DNA of 64,000 nt, from contig JAKQKX010000063.1 in the NCBI GenBank assembly GCA_029560465.1, forward strand, positions 67,796-131,795. Reading direction: 5' to 3'. A program made the translations under genes and the position numbers. Below, one piece after another: positions 18,115 to 26,883 of this stretch. The stretch comes from Candidatus Omnitrophota bacterium. Its GTDB lineage: Bacteria; Omnitrophota; Gorgyraeia; Zapsychrales; JANLHA01. Under the pieces are notes generated by a model, which was not told the origin of the DNA, did no database searches, and saw nothing but the letters and a program-made list of their open reading frames with translations. The number at the start of each line of letters is the position of its first letter. The stretch's first letter is position 1.

Positions 18115-19140
18115 TTAGATGTTGGGGATCGGCCGCCAGTCTGTAAAGACCGGATCAAAGTCACGCTGTTTTAGCATCTTTAAGATGTCGTCCACGCTGC
18201 GGTTATCCTGAATATCAAACTGGGGGTCCTGCGCGGAAGGATCCGCAAGGGTGTACCCGCCCACCGAGGTTTTTGACCCCGCTGACATCCGTGTCACGCC
18301 GCATTCAATGAGATGGTCACGCAGCCGGGGTGGTTCACGCGTGGACAGGTTTATGCCGACCCTGGGGAAAAATATCCGCGCCAGGCAAATGATTTTTGTG
18401 AATGCGATATCGTCGATTGTCTGGGGGGCGAGGCCCTGTCCTTTAATTTGCCTTAGGCGGGGGAAGGACAAGCTGTATTCAACAGCCGGGTAATTTTTTT
18501 CCAGGGAGCGCAGGTGCTGAAACAACGCGAGGAGATCCTCGGCCGTGTCCCCTAAGCCGAGCAGAATCCCCAGGGAGATCGACCGCATCCCGGCGCGGGC
18601 GGCCCGCTCCGGAGTCCCCAGGCGGTAATCATAATTTTTCTTTTTCCCGCCCAGATGGACCTCCTGGTAGCGTTTCCGGTTATAGGTTTCCTGATAAACC
18701 GTGATCCCGTCAACGCCCTGCCGGTAGAGCGCGCGGTATTCGTCGGTTTCCATGGGATGCACTTCCAGGCTGATCCCCGTGAAATGTCCCCTGGCAGCCT
18801 CGACCGCGTCCTGAAGATAGGAGATCGGAGTCATGGCGTAAGATTCTCCAGTCAGCAGCAGAATATTCTCAATCCCGGTTTGCGAAACCTGCCGCATTTC
18901 GTTTTGGATTTCCGTCAGGGAGAGCTTGATCCGTTTAATTTTTTGCCGGTTGTTAAACCCGCAGTAGGTGCAGAAGCTGCTGCAGTGGTTGGAAAGATAA
19001 ATCGGCGCGTAGAGCGACATGGTCCGGCCGAAGTACTGCCGGGTTAAAGCGGCCGCTTCCTGGGCCAACGCTTCTGTTGTGCCCGGGGATGTATCCTTAA
19101 GGACGGATTGAATGGACTCATAGGACAGTAAAGGTTTCAT
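18115..19140 (-). CDS. thiH: 2-iminoacetate synthase ThiH (radical SAM tyrosine lyase)
   Basis: The CSSFCTYCGF radical-SAM Cys triad, the 341-aa length and a position between thiG and thiF all fit ThiH. Confidence 0.85.
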   Translation of the reverse strand: MKPLLSYESIQSVLKDTSPGTTEALAQEAAALTRQYFGRTMSLYAPIYLSNHCSSFCTYCGFNNRQKIKRIKLSLTEIQNEMRQVSQTGIENILLLTGESYAMTPISYLQDAVEAARGHFTGISLEVHPMETDEYRALYRQGVDGITVYQETYNRKRYQEVHLGGKKKNYDYRLGTPERAARAGMRSISLGILLGLGDTAEDLLALFQHLRSLEKNYPAVEYSLSFPRLRQIKGQGLAPQTIDDIAFTKIICLARIFFPRVGINLSTREPPRLRDHLIECGVTRMSAGSKTSVGGYTLADPSAQDPQFDIQDNRSVDDILKMLKQRDFDPVFTDWRPIPNI

Positions 19141-19166
19141 GATTTTGATCTTTCGTCGCGGGTGTT

Positions 19167-20000
19167 TCAGGACGCCGTTGATTCATTATAAAGAAATTCT
19201 GTTAAGGGAGAGGACGCTTTGGCAAACGGGCGTGGTCCCGGCGGCTGGCTGAGATACGCCTGGCGTCCGGCCTGGATAGCCAGGGCGAAAGCTTGGGCCA
19301 ATCCGGCTGGGTTCCCGGCGGTGGCCACGGCTGTGTTTACCAGAACGGCGTCCGCCCCCATTTCCATGGCTTCACAGGCCTGCGAGGGCGAGCCGATCCC
19401 GGCGTCAACCACGACAGGGATATCTATTTCTGCAATCAGGATTTGAATTAGGTCTTTAACCCGCAGTCCTTGGTTACTCCCGATGAGAGACCCCAAAGGC
19501 ATGACTGTGGCAGCTCCGGCCTGAACCAGAGCCCGGGCGATGTTTAAATCCGGGAGAATATACGGCAGGACCGTAAATCCCTCCTTCGCAAGAATTTCTG
19601 TGGCTTTGACGGTTTCCGCGTTGTCGGGGAGCAGGTATTTGCTGTCGTTGATCACTTCTATTTTGACCCAGGTCCCGTATCCGGCTTCCCGGGCTAACCG
19701 TGCCAGCCGGACGGCCTCAGCCGCGTTCCTTGCTCCCGAGGTGTTTGTTAATAATGTGATATCCGGCGGGAGATATTCGAGGATATTGTCTTCATGCCGG
19801 GTAAGGTCAATGCGCCGTAACGCCACGGTAACGACCTGTGTTCCGGAGGCCCGGATACAATCCCTGACTTCGGCCTTATTCTTGAATTTGCCTGTTCCCA
19901 TCAGGAACCGGGAAGATAAAACTTTTCCGCCGACCATGAAAGGGTCTGTCTGGCCTGCACGGTTGACAGTGTCAGCGAGTCGTTCTGATTTTATATTCAT
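19167..20000 (-). CDS. thiG: thiazole synthase ThiG
   Basis: The 277-aa product has the ThiG-typical N-terminus (MGTGKFKN...[15 protein letters not shown]) and a C-terminal extension. Confidence 0.85.
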   Translation of the reverse strand: MNIKSERLADTVNRAGQTDPFMVGGKVLSSRFLMGTGKFKNKAEVRDCIRASGTQVVTVALRRIDLTRHEDNILEYLPPDITLLTNTSGARNAAEAVRLARLAREAGYGTWVKIEVINDSKYLLPDNAETVKATEILAKEGFTVLPYILPDLNIARALVQAGAATVMPLGSLIGSNQGLRVKDLIQILIAEIDIPVVVDAGIGSPSQACEAMEMGADAVLVNTAVATAGNPAGLAQAFALAIQAGRQAYLSQPPGPRPFAKASSPLTEFLYNESTAS

Positions 20001-20017
20001 GTTTTCTCCTGCGACAC

Positions 20018-20218
20018 CTATCCTCCACCGACAAAACTCACAAGTTCGATACGGTCCCCTTCACAGAGTTGGACGCTTTGCCAGAGGTCTTTATGAATGA
20101 TATCCCCGTTGAGTTCGACAATAACATACGGGTTATTTTTACAGAGGCCTTGAATGACCCTTGATAAAGGCTGGGGGCCGGTCAAGGCGTGTGTTTTTCC
20201 GTTAATGGAAATTTTCAT
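20018..20218 (-). CDS. thiS: sulfur-carrier protein ThiS
   Basis: A 66-aa ubiquitin-like protein ending in the GG dipeptide. Confidence 0.85.
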   Translation of the reverse strand: MKISINGKTHALTGPQPLSRVIQGLCKNNPYVIVELNGDIIHKDLWQSVQLCEGDRIELVSFVGGG

Positions 20219-20457
20219 ATTCTTTTAAGTGTTGTGGGTTATCCGCGGTCATGCGCGATATTGAGCCATTTTAGAATATTTTTGAATAATTTGCAAATAG
20301 ATAAAAGGCGGTGCGCCCGGAGCAGGATATATGGGGCCTGTCCGGGAGTTTTAAAAAGAAGATTATTTTTTGACTTTATAGAATAGGAGTGAGATAATAA
20401 CACTTCAAATGATGGCGTTTAGGCCAAGAGACGCCGGAGACGTGCTATTCGTATCTT

Positions 20458-20652
20458 ATGCCTGAATATATTTGCCCTTACTGCAAAAATCCGATTTACG
20501 ATGACGACGCGTTGTTATGTCATTTTTGTGGTGGAAGTTTGCATCGGGCCGGGGATGGTGTTTTTAGTAAGATGAAGTACAAGTGGTCTTTCTTGGCTAT
20601 CATAATAACCGTTTTGATTGTGGCGTTTTTTTTGTTTCTGGGGAGGCTTTGA
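20458..20652 (+). CDS. zinc-ribbon small membrane protein
   Basis: A CxxC-17-CxxC motif (CPYCKN...CHFCGG) is followed by a C-terminal TM helix. Confidence 0.4.
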   Translation: MPEYICPYCKNPIYDDDALLCHFCGGSLHRAGDGVFSKMKYKWSFLAIIITVLIVAFFLFLGRL

Positions 20653-20662
20653 AGAAAAAATT

Positions 20663-21091
20663 ATGAGCCATGTTGATTTAAAAAGATATCCCGAAGGGGA
20701 GATAAAGCAGGAAACGGAAGTGTTTGGATATCAGCTTCTGTTGGACCTTTACAGTTGCCAGCCAGGCGCGTGTGATGATTTAACATTGAATTACCGGTTT
20801 CTGGATGAAATGGTTGATGCTTTGGGGATGCAAAAACAGACCCCGCCCAATATTTTCAGGAGTGACGCGACCCGTTTCCCGGAAAAAGCGGGTTTGTCCG
20901 GCTGGGTCCCGTTGATCGAGAGTTCGATCGTGATCCATACGTTATCGGTCAAGAATTTCATTAGCGTGGATATTTATTGCTGCCGGAAATTTGATGTCGT
21001 GTTTGCCGAAAAATTTTGCCGAGAATACTTCAAGCCCCAGCGTCTGGAAGCGCAGTATCTTCTTCGGGGCACGGATTATTATAAAGAGTAA
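20663..21091 (+). CDS. S-adenosylmethionine decarboxylase-like pyruvoyl-enzyme proenzyme (SpeH/class 1b fold), divergent
   Basis: The internal ATG at 20663 starts a protein with LYSCQPGACDD (compare LYGCDPELLDD), the ES self-cleavage site context IESSIVIHT (compare ISESHLAIHTWPE), and VDIYCC (compare VDVFTCG). Confidence 0.55.
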   Translation: MSHVDLKRYPEGEIKQETEVFGYQLLLDLYSCQPGACDDLTLNYRFLDEMVDALGMQKQTPPNIFRSDATRFPEKAGLSGWVPLIESSIVIHTLSVKNFISVDIYCCRKFDVVFAEKFCREYFKPQRLEAQYLLRGTDYYKE

Positions 21092-21169
21092 GGGATTACA
21101 GCAAGAGCACCCAAGAGGGAATGGCCGGGCACGGGGTTCCCTCGTTTTCTTTCTGGAGAGGTAAATGAC

Positions 21170-23650
21170 ATGCTCCCGTACAATACAAATGAAATAGCCC
21201 GTATTGAAAAGAAATGGCAGGGACTCTGGGACGAACGCCAGATTTTTAAAACCCCGGAAGACAGCCGGCGGCCGAAATTTTATTGCCTGGAAATGTTCCC
21301 GTATCCTTCGGGGAAAATTCACATGGGCCATGTCCGAAATTACACGATTGCCGACGTTGTCGCCAGGTTTAAGCTCATGCAGGGTTTTAACGTTTTGCAT
21401 CCCATGGGGTATGACGCTTTTGGCCAGCCGGCGGAAAACGCCGCCATTAAGCATAAAACACATCCCGCCCAGTGGACGTACGCTTGCATTGACCAGATGC
21501 GCGGGAACTTAAAACGCATGGGTTTTTCTTACGATTGGAGCCGGGAGCTGGCGACCTGTCATAAGGACTATTACCGCTGGAATCAGTGGATTTTTTTGAA
21601 GATGTTCGAGAAAGGGCTGGCTTATAAAAAGAGTTCTTCCGTTAACTGGTGTCCCAGTTGCGAAACAACCCTGGCGAATGAGGAGGTCATCCAGGGGCAG
21701 TGCTGGCGCTGCAAGAATGACGTCGTTCAAAAAGACCTGGAACAATGGTATTTGAAAATTACCCATTATGCGGGAGCCTTGCTGGAGGATTTGAAAAAAC
21801 TGGACAATTGGCCGTCGAGGGTCGTGGCCATGCAGGAGAACTGGATCGGCAAAAGTTACGGGGTGGAGATCTATTTCAAATGGCAGAAGACCGGAGAAAT
21901 CCTTCGCGTGTTTACCACCCGCCCGGACACGATTTTTGGTGCGACTTATGTCGTCCTGGCCCCGGAACACCCGTTCGTGAAACCGTTGGTCGCTGGCACG
22001 GGTTACGAACAGGCCGTTATGGATTTTGTGGCCAAGGTCGGACAGATGAGCAAGAGCATGCGGGTGTCTGGCGATGATCGGAAAGAGGGGGTCTTTACCG
22101 GCCAATACGCCGTGAATCCTGTTAATGGAGAGCCTATTCCGGTTTGGGTGGCGGATTATGTCCTCATGGAATACGGGACCGGCGCGATTATGGCGGTCCC
22201 GACGCATGACCAAAGAGATTTTTTATTCGCTAAAGAGCACTGCCTTCCCATGCGCATTGTGATTCAGGACCCGGTGCGGCCGGAGATGTCGGTGGAAGAG
22301 ATGACGGAGGCGTATGAGGGGGAGGGCCGGCAGGTGCGTTCCGGGGCGTTCGATGGCCTCCCCAATGAGGAAGGGAAGAAACAGATCGCACGCTGGATGG
22401 AAGCCGAAGGCAAGGGGAAGATCGCCGTTTATTGGCGGTTAAGGGATTGGCTGATTTCCCGGCAGCGTTATTGGGGTACGCCGATTCCGATGATTTATTG
22501 CCCGGCTTGCGGGGTTGTCCCTGTCCCGGAGAAGGATCTTCCTGTTGAGCTTCCGGAAGACGTGCGGTTTACCGGCGAGGGAGGGAGCCCGTTAAGCCAG
22601 AGTGACAGTTTTGTGCGCGTGGCGTGCCCGGCCTGCGGGAAAGACGCCCGGCGGGAAACGGATACGATGGCGACATTTTTTGATTCCTCGTGGTATTATC
22701 TGCGGTATATCTCCCCCTGCGATGATAAGCAGGCCTTTCATCCCGGGCAGGCGGCTTATTGGATGCCGGTGGACCAGTATATCGGGGGCATTGAACACGC
22801 GATCCTGCATTTACTTTATTCCCGTTTTTTTACCAAGTTTCTCAAGGATTTGGGGCTCGTGAACGTCGATGAGCCGTTTACCCGGCTTCTCACGCAGGGC
22901 ATGGTGCTTAAGGACGGCGAAGTCATGTCTAAATCTAAGGGGAACACCGTAGACCCGGACGCGGTCATCGCCAAATACGGGGCGGATACGTTGCGCTTGT
23001 TTATCCTTTTCGCCGCCCCGCCTGAAGACCAGCTTGAATGGAATGATAATGCGATCGACGGGTCCTGGAAATTTTTAAGCCGGGTTTGGAATTGCGTCCA
23101 GCAGAAATACCGTCCGGCCGATCAAGCATACGCGTATGAAAATTTAACCGGGGACGCCAAGGATCTGGAGCGGGAAAGGAATTTTGTGGTTAAGAAAGTG
23201 ACGGAAGATCTATCCAACGGCTTTAAGTTTAATACGGCCATTAGCCAGGTTATGATTCTTATGAACCGGATAGATAAGTTCAGCGCAGACGGGGATCCCC
23301 TGAGGCAGGCTGTTTTTAATCAGGCGGTCCGTACCGTGGTTTTGCTTCTGTCCCCCCTGACTCCGCATATGTGTGAGGAGCTCTGGCAGATGATGGGGAA
23401 CCGAGAAGAGAGCGTCAGCCGGGTTCCTTGGCCGGGTTATAAAGAGAACGCCCTTGAGAAGGATGTTGTGTTGATGGTGGTTCAGATTAACGGGAAACTC
23501 CGCAGTAAGCTGGAAGTGCCTGTGAACATTCCTGAAAATGAATTGCGAGACCGAGTGCTGTCTGATGAAAATATTCAGCGTCATCTGGAAGGAAAGCAGG
23601 TCAAAAAATTTATTGTAGTGCCGCAAAAACTTGTGAACATTGTCGTGTAA
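21170..23650 (+). CDS. leuS: leucyl-tRNA synthetase
   Basis: HMGH is present in [14 protein letters not shown], as is the KMSKS motif; the product is 826 aa. Confidence 0.95.
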   Translation: MLPYNTNEIARIEKKWQGLWDERQIFKTPEDSRRPKFYCLEMFPYPSGKIHMGHVRNYTIADVVARFKLMQGFNVLHPMGYDAFGQPAENAAIKHKTHPAQWTYACIDQMRGNLKRMGFSYDWSRELATCHKDYYRWNQWIFLKMFEKGLAYKKSSSVNWCPSCETTLANEEVIQGQCWRCKNDVVQKDLEQWYLKITHYAGALLEDLKKLDNWPSRVVAMQENWIGKSYGVEIYFKWQKTGEILRVFTTRPDTIFGATYVVLAPEHPFVKPLVAGTGYEQAVMDFVAKVGQMSKSMRVSGDDRKEGVFTGQYAVNPVNGEPIPVWVADYVLMEYGTGAIMAVPTHDQRDFLFAKEHCLPMRIVIQDPVRPEMSVEEMTEAYEGEGRQVRSGAFDGLPNEEGKKQIARWMEAEGKGKIAVYWRLRDWLISRQRYWGTPIPMIYCPACGVVPVPEKDLPVELPEDVRFTGEGGSPLSQSDSFVRVACPACGKDARRETDTMATFFDSSWYYLRYISPCDDKQAFHPGQAAYWMPVDQYIGGIEHAILHLLYSRFFTKFLKDLGLVNVDEPFTRLLTQGMVLKDGEVMSKSKGNTVDPDAVIAKYGADTLRLFILFAAPPEDQLEWNDNAIDGSWKFLSRVWNCVQQKYRPADQAYAYENLTGDAKDLERERNFVVKKVTEDLSNGFKFNTAISQVMILMNRIDKFSADGDPLRQAVFNQAVRTVVLLLSPLTPHMCEELWQMMGNREESVSRVPWPGYKENALEKDVVLMVVQINGKLRSKLEVPVNIPENELRDRVLSDENIQRHLEGKQVKKFIVVPQKLVNIVV

Positions 23651-23776
23651 TATGAGATACGGTTTTCTCCGCAGGGTTCCTTTCGCTTGTTTTCAGCCCG
23701 ATTTTTAATATTTTTGATATAGAATTATTGATTTCTAGCTTTTTTTAGCATTTTTAAAAAAATGAAGAATTCCCTC

Positions 23777-23805
23777 TTGACTTTTAGTGTACTATGTAAC
23801 ATAAT
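23777..23805 (+). promoter_or_regulatory. sigma70-like promoter (TTGACT-17-CATAAT) overlapping a palindrome ATGTAACAT; candidate GntR auto-operator
   Basis: -35 is at 23777..23782 and -10 at 23800..23805. The palindrome ATGT-A-ACAT at 23795..23803 overlaps the -10. Confidence 0.4.
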
Positions 23806-23847
23806 ACAGTTAGGTCAGCAATCCATTGACCTTTATTTTATAGGCCT

Positions 23848-24240
23848 ATGATTAATTTTGACATTACATTTAAACCAGGCGTGCCGATTTACGAACAGGT
23901 CATTTTCGCTGTGAAAAAATCTATCGTTGCCGGCCACCTGAAGCCGGGAGACCGGTTCCCCTCGGTTCGCGAAATGAGCCGGGAATTGCGCATTAATCCT
24001 AATACGGCGCAGAAAGTGGTTTCTCACCTGGTGAATGAACGGTTGCTTCAGGTAAAACCCGGGATCGGCAGTGTTGTATCAGAGTTAAGCCTGGCGAACC
24101 AGGAACAGAGGGGGGAAGTTCTTCAGAACGAAGTTGAACGGCTCGTTGTGGAAGCCAAGCGGCTTTCCATTGCCAAAAAGGAGCTGCTGGACGCGGTTCA
24201 GCGCCAGTGGGACAATAACAACACGAAAGAGACGCTATGA
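23848..24240 (+). CDS. GntR-family (YtrA-like, short) transcriptional regulator
   Basis: A winged-HTH N-terminus (IYEQVIFAVKKSIVAGHLKPGDRFPSVREMSRELRINPNTAQKV) in a 130-aa protein. Confidence 0.8.
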   Translation: MINFDITFKPGVPIYEQVIFAVKKSIVAGHLKPGDRFPSVREMSRELRINPNTAQKVVSHLVNERLLQVKPGIGSVVSELSLANQEQRGEVLQNEVERLVVEAKRLSIAKKELLDAVQRQWDNNNTKETL

Positions 24241-25145
24241 AGACCGTTATAGAAACCAGAAGCTTAACGAAGAAATTCGGAGCTAAAACCATTTTGGCGC
24301 AAATTGATCTGGATGTGCCGGCAGGAAGCATTTACGCGTATTTGGGGCCGAACGGGGCCGGAAAGACGACCACCATCAAAACCATGGTCAATATCCTGCG
24401 GCCGACCAGGGGCACAGTAAAAATTTTGGGGGTGGATTCCACGGCTCTGGACGCGAAAGAGTTTCGGCAGATCGGGTATGTTTCGGAAAATCAGGTGCTG
24501 CCGGAAGGGATGACGGCAAACGCGCTTTTTGATTATTGCCGGCCCATGTACCCACAGTGGGATGAAGGATTCTGCCAGTCTTTGACCCGGCAGTTTGACC
24601 TCCCTTGTGATGAACCCATTGAGAAATTATCCCGGGGCATGAAAATGAAAGCGGCGCTCATTGCGTCTTTGGCCTATCGTCCTAAGCTGCTGATCTTAGA
24701 TGAGCCTTTCAGCGGCCTGGATCCGGTGGCACGCAAGGATTTGATGGACGGGATCATGGAATTGACCGGAACGGAGGAGTGGACGATTTTTATATCATCG
24801 CATGATATAGAGGAAGTGGAACACTTGGCGGACTGGGTCGGGTTTCTGCATAAAGGGCAGTTGAAACTAAGCGAAACCACCGAATCCCTGCAAGCCCGGT
24901 TTAAAAGGATCAATATTACCCTGAAAAACCCGCTGGAATCGGAGGTGCCTTTTCCTGCGAACTGGCTGTTGCCCCAGCAGGAGGGCCGGTTTCTGTGTTT
25001 TGTGGACAATTCTTTCCAGCCCGGGGAGAGCGAAAAGCAGTACAGAAAAGGATTGCCGGCGGTTTCCACGATTGAAATCCAGGGGATGTCTCTGAAAGAA
25101 ATATTTTTGATTCAGGCCAGGCAGTTAAAAATGTTGAATATATAG
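24237..25145 (+). CDS. ABC transporter ATP-binding protein with a C-terminal extension
   Basis: Walker A (GPNGAGKTT), the signature LSRGMKMK and Walker B (LLILDEP) are present. Start and stop overlap the neighbouring genes. Confidence 0.85.
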   Translation: MKTVIETRSLTKKFGAKTILAQIDLDVPAGSIYAYLGPNGAGKTTTIKTMVNILRPTRGTVKILGVDSTALDAKEFRQIGYVSENQVLPEGMTANALFDYCRPMYPQWDEGFCQSLTRQFDLPCDEPIEKLSRGMKMKAALIASLAYRPKLLILDEPFSGLDPVARKDLMDGIMELTGTEEWTIFISSHDIEEVEHLADWVGFLHKGQLKLSETTESLQARFKRINITLKNPLESEVPFPANWLLPQQEGRFLCFVDNSFQPGESEKQYRKGLPAVSTIEIQGMSLKEIFLIQARQLKMLNI

Positions 25146-25156
25146 GAGAAAAACAT

Positions 25157-26815
25157 ATGCCACATGCGTATTTAGTCTTTGAGAAAGATCTCAGGCAATT
25201 TCGTTTGATCCTGTTGTCGTGGTTGGGCGCTGTCGGTGTAACCCACGGGGTCGCCTTGCTCGGAGGGATGTTGCTAAATACCCATTTTATGTTCAGGATC
25301 ACGCAACCCCTGGTTTTACAATGGCTGTCGGCCTTGCAGGCAGTCTTGATTCTTATCTTTGTGCCGTTGATTGTCCAGTCCGATCCGATGGTTGGGACAA
25401 CAGCGTTTTGGTTAACCCGTCCGATTTCCCGCCTTTCTCTCCTCCGGGCGAAGGCCGTGCTTGTGGGAAGCGTCTTTGTCGGGATCCCGTTGTTGCTGGA
25501 GATCGCGGTCCTGGCGCTCAACGGGCTTGCCTGGAAAGATGTTTTACCGGCGGCCTTGCTGATCGCGCTGGAAAAAAGCGCTTTTATCGTTCCGGTTTTC
25601 TTGGTGGCCAGCCTCACGGGAAAATTTCATGAATTTTTTATAGCGGGGATAGCCGCGGTTTTAGGGTGTGTTGCCGCATGGACTCTTCTTCCTGCCTTGG
25701 TCCCGGGGTTGTGCTTCAGCGGGGCCCCGGGGACGGCGTTGGGATCACTTCAACAGCAAATGTTAATTGTTTTTGTGAGCGTGCTTTTGATAGGCCATCA
25801 GTATAAAACCCGTCGGACACAAAGGACGATTGTGGGTGTCTTGGCCGGGGCGCTGTTCATCCCTTGGGCCCTGTGTGTCCTGCCGCAGGGCGTGTTGCAA
25901 CAGGAGGTCTGCCGGATTAACCCGCCGCAGGTGGTCATTCAGACAGGCCAGGCCGTGGTTGCCGAGGATATGGTTTCCGGGAACCGCCTGGCACGGGACC
26001 GCATCGTGTCGATTCCAATCCACGTGCGTGGGCTTCGCTCCGGCCAATTCGCCGTGCTCCTCCGGGTATCCGGCCCATTGATCGCTTATGGCCCGGATGT
26101 TCAACTCCGTTCTTCCGGGCCTTTAAGGTCTCCTGCCGTATTGCTCTCGAGTCGCGAGTTACAGGATCCGATCCAGCATGCCCTTAAAGATTTTATCGTG
26201 ATGAATCCTTATCAGGGGGCCGACAACAGGTATCCTGTTTTTCGGCTGCCGGAAACAGTGTACGATCAATATCAGAAACAGAGCGGGGTATACGAGGGCT
26301 TGGGGGCGTTTGATATTTATGAGTACCGGATTGGGGCGAGGATGCCTTTGGTCCGCGGGGCTAAACGTTTTTCGGGGAGGACGGAAAGCGTTGTTCTTGA
26401 TGTCATTGAAAAGCCTTCCGGGGTCGCAGTGATTGTTGGAGAAAAGACCCTGAATGTGTCCTCGGCCTTCTCGAAGGGGGGGGCTCCTGCCGGAGGCGAT
26501 ACGTCCTTAGATTTTTCCGGGACGTATGTGTTGGTCCATCCTGGGCGCAAGGAAGCGTTTTTGGTTGATATCCTTGATCAGCCGGGGATAAGAATAGACC
26601 TGGCTTGGCCGGTAAGGGCGGACCGGCTGGGTTTTAAGGTTAAGCGGTATGATTTTCCCGGGCTTAACGTCGGTGGGTCTGTTACCGGTGTTCAGAAGTC
26701 ATGGCTGAAGGAGGCGGAACTGATCCGTTTGGAGGCACGGGAACTCGGTGTTTTTGAGAGAAACTTGCGTTTTTCCGATTTTGTCCTTCCTGAAGTCGGG
26801 GAGTTAAGAAAGTGA
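25157..26815 (+). CDS. ABC-2-like membrane permease fused to a large (~330 aa) extracytoplasmic domain of unknown function
   Basis: Six N-terminal TM helices are followed by a soluble domain with no motif I recognise. The arrangement is GntR-ATPase-permease. Confidence 0.5.
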   Translation: MPHAYLVFEKDLRQFRLILLSWLGAVGVTHGVALLGGMLLNTHFMFRITQPLVLQWLSALQAVLILIFVPLIVQSDPMVGTTAFWLTRPISRLSLLRAKAVLVGSVFVGIPLLLEIAVLALNGLAWKDVLPAALLIALEKSAFIVPVFLVASLTGKFHEFFIAGIAAVLGCVAAWTLLPALVPGLCFSGAPGTALGSLQQQMLIVFVSVLLIGHQYKTRRTQRTIVGVLAGALFIPWALCVLPQGVLQQEVCRINPPQVVIQTGQAVVAEDMVSGNRLARDRIVSIPIHVRGLRSGQFAVLLRVSGPLIAYGPDVQLRSSGPLRSPAVLLSSRELQDPIQHALKDFIVMNPYQGADNRYPVFRLPETVYDQYQKQSGVYEGLGAFDIYEYRIGARMPLVRGAKRFSGRTESVVLDVIEKPSGVAVIVGEKTLNVSSAFSKGGAPAGGDTSLDFSGTYVLVHPGRKEAFLVDILDQPGIRIDLAWPVRADRLGFKVKRYDFPGLNVGGSVTGVQKSWLKEAELIRLEARELGVFERNLRFSDFVLPEVGELRK

Positions 26816-26883
26816 TCGTCGCCACGCTTTCCCGGACAACCGGGGAACGCGAGGGTTCTTTTCTTAAAAGATAGATAGAGGAG

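Noticed and set aside
20219-20457. A TPP riboswitch was expected upstream of thiS.
   Set aside because: None of the hallmark elements (CUGAGA box, GGGGUGC/ACCC helix) are present on the coding strand. I list this as a finding to check by covariance model rather than as a feature.
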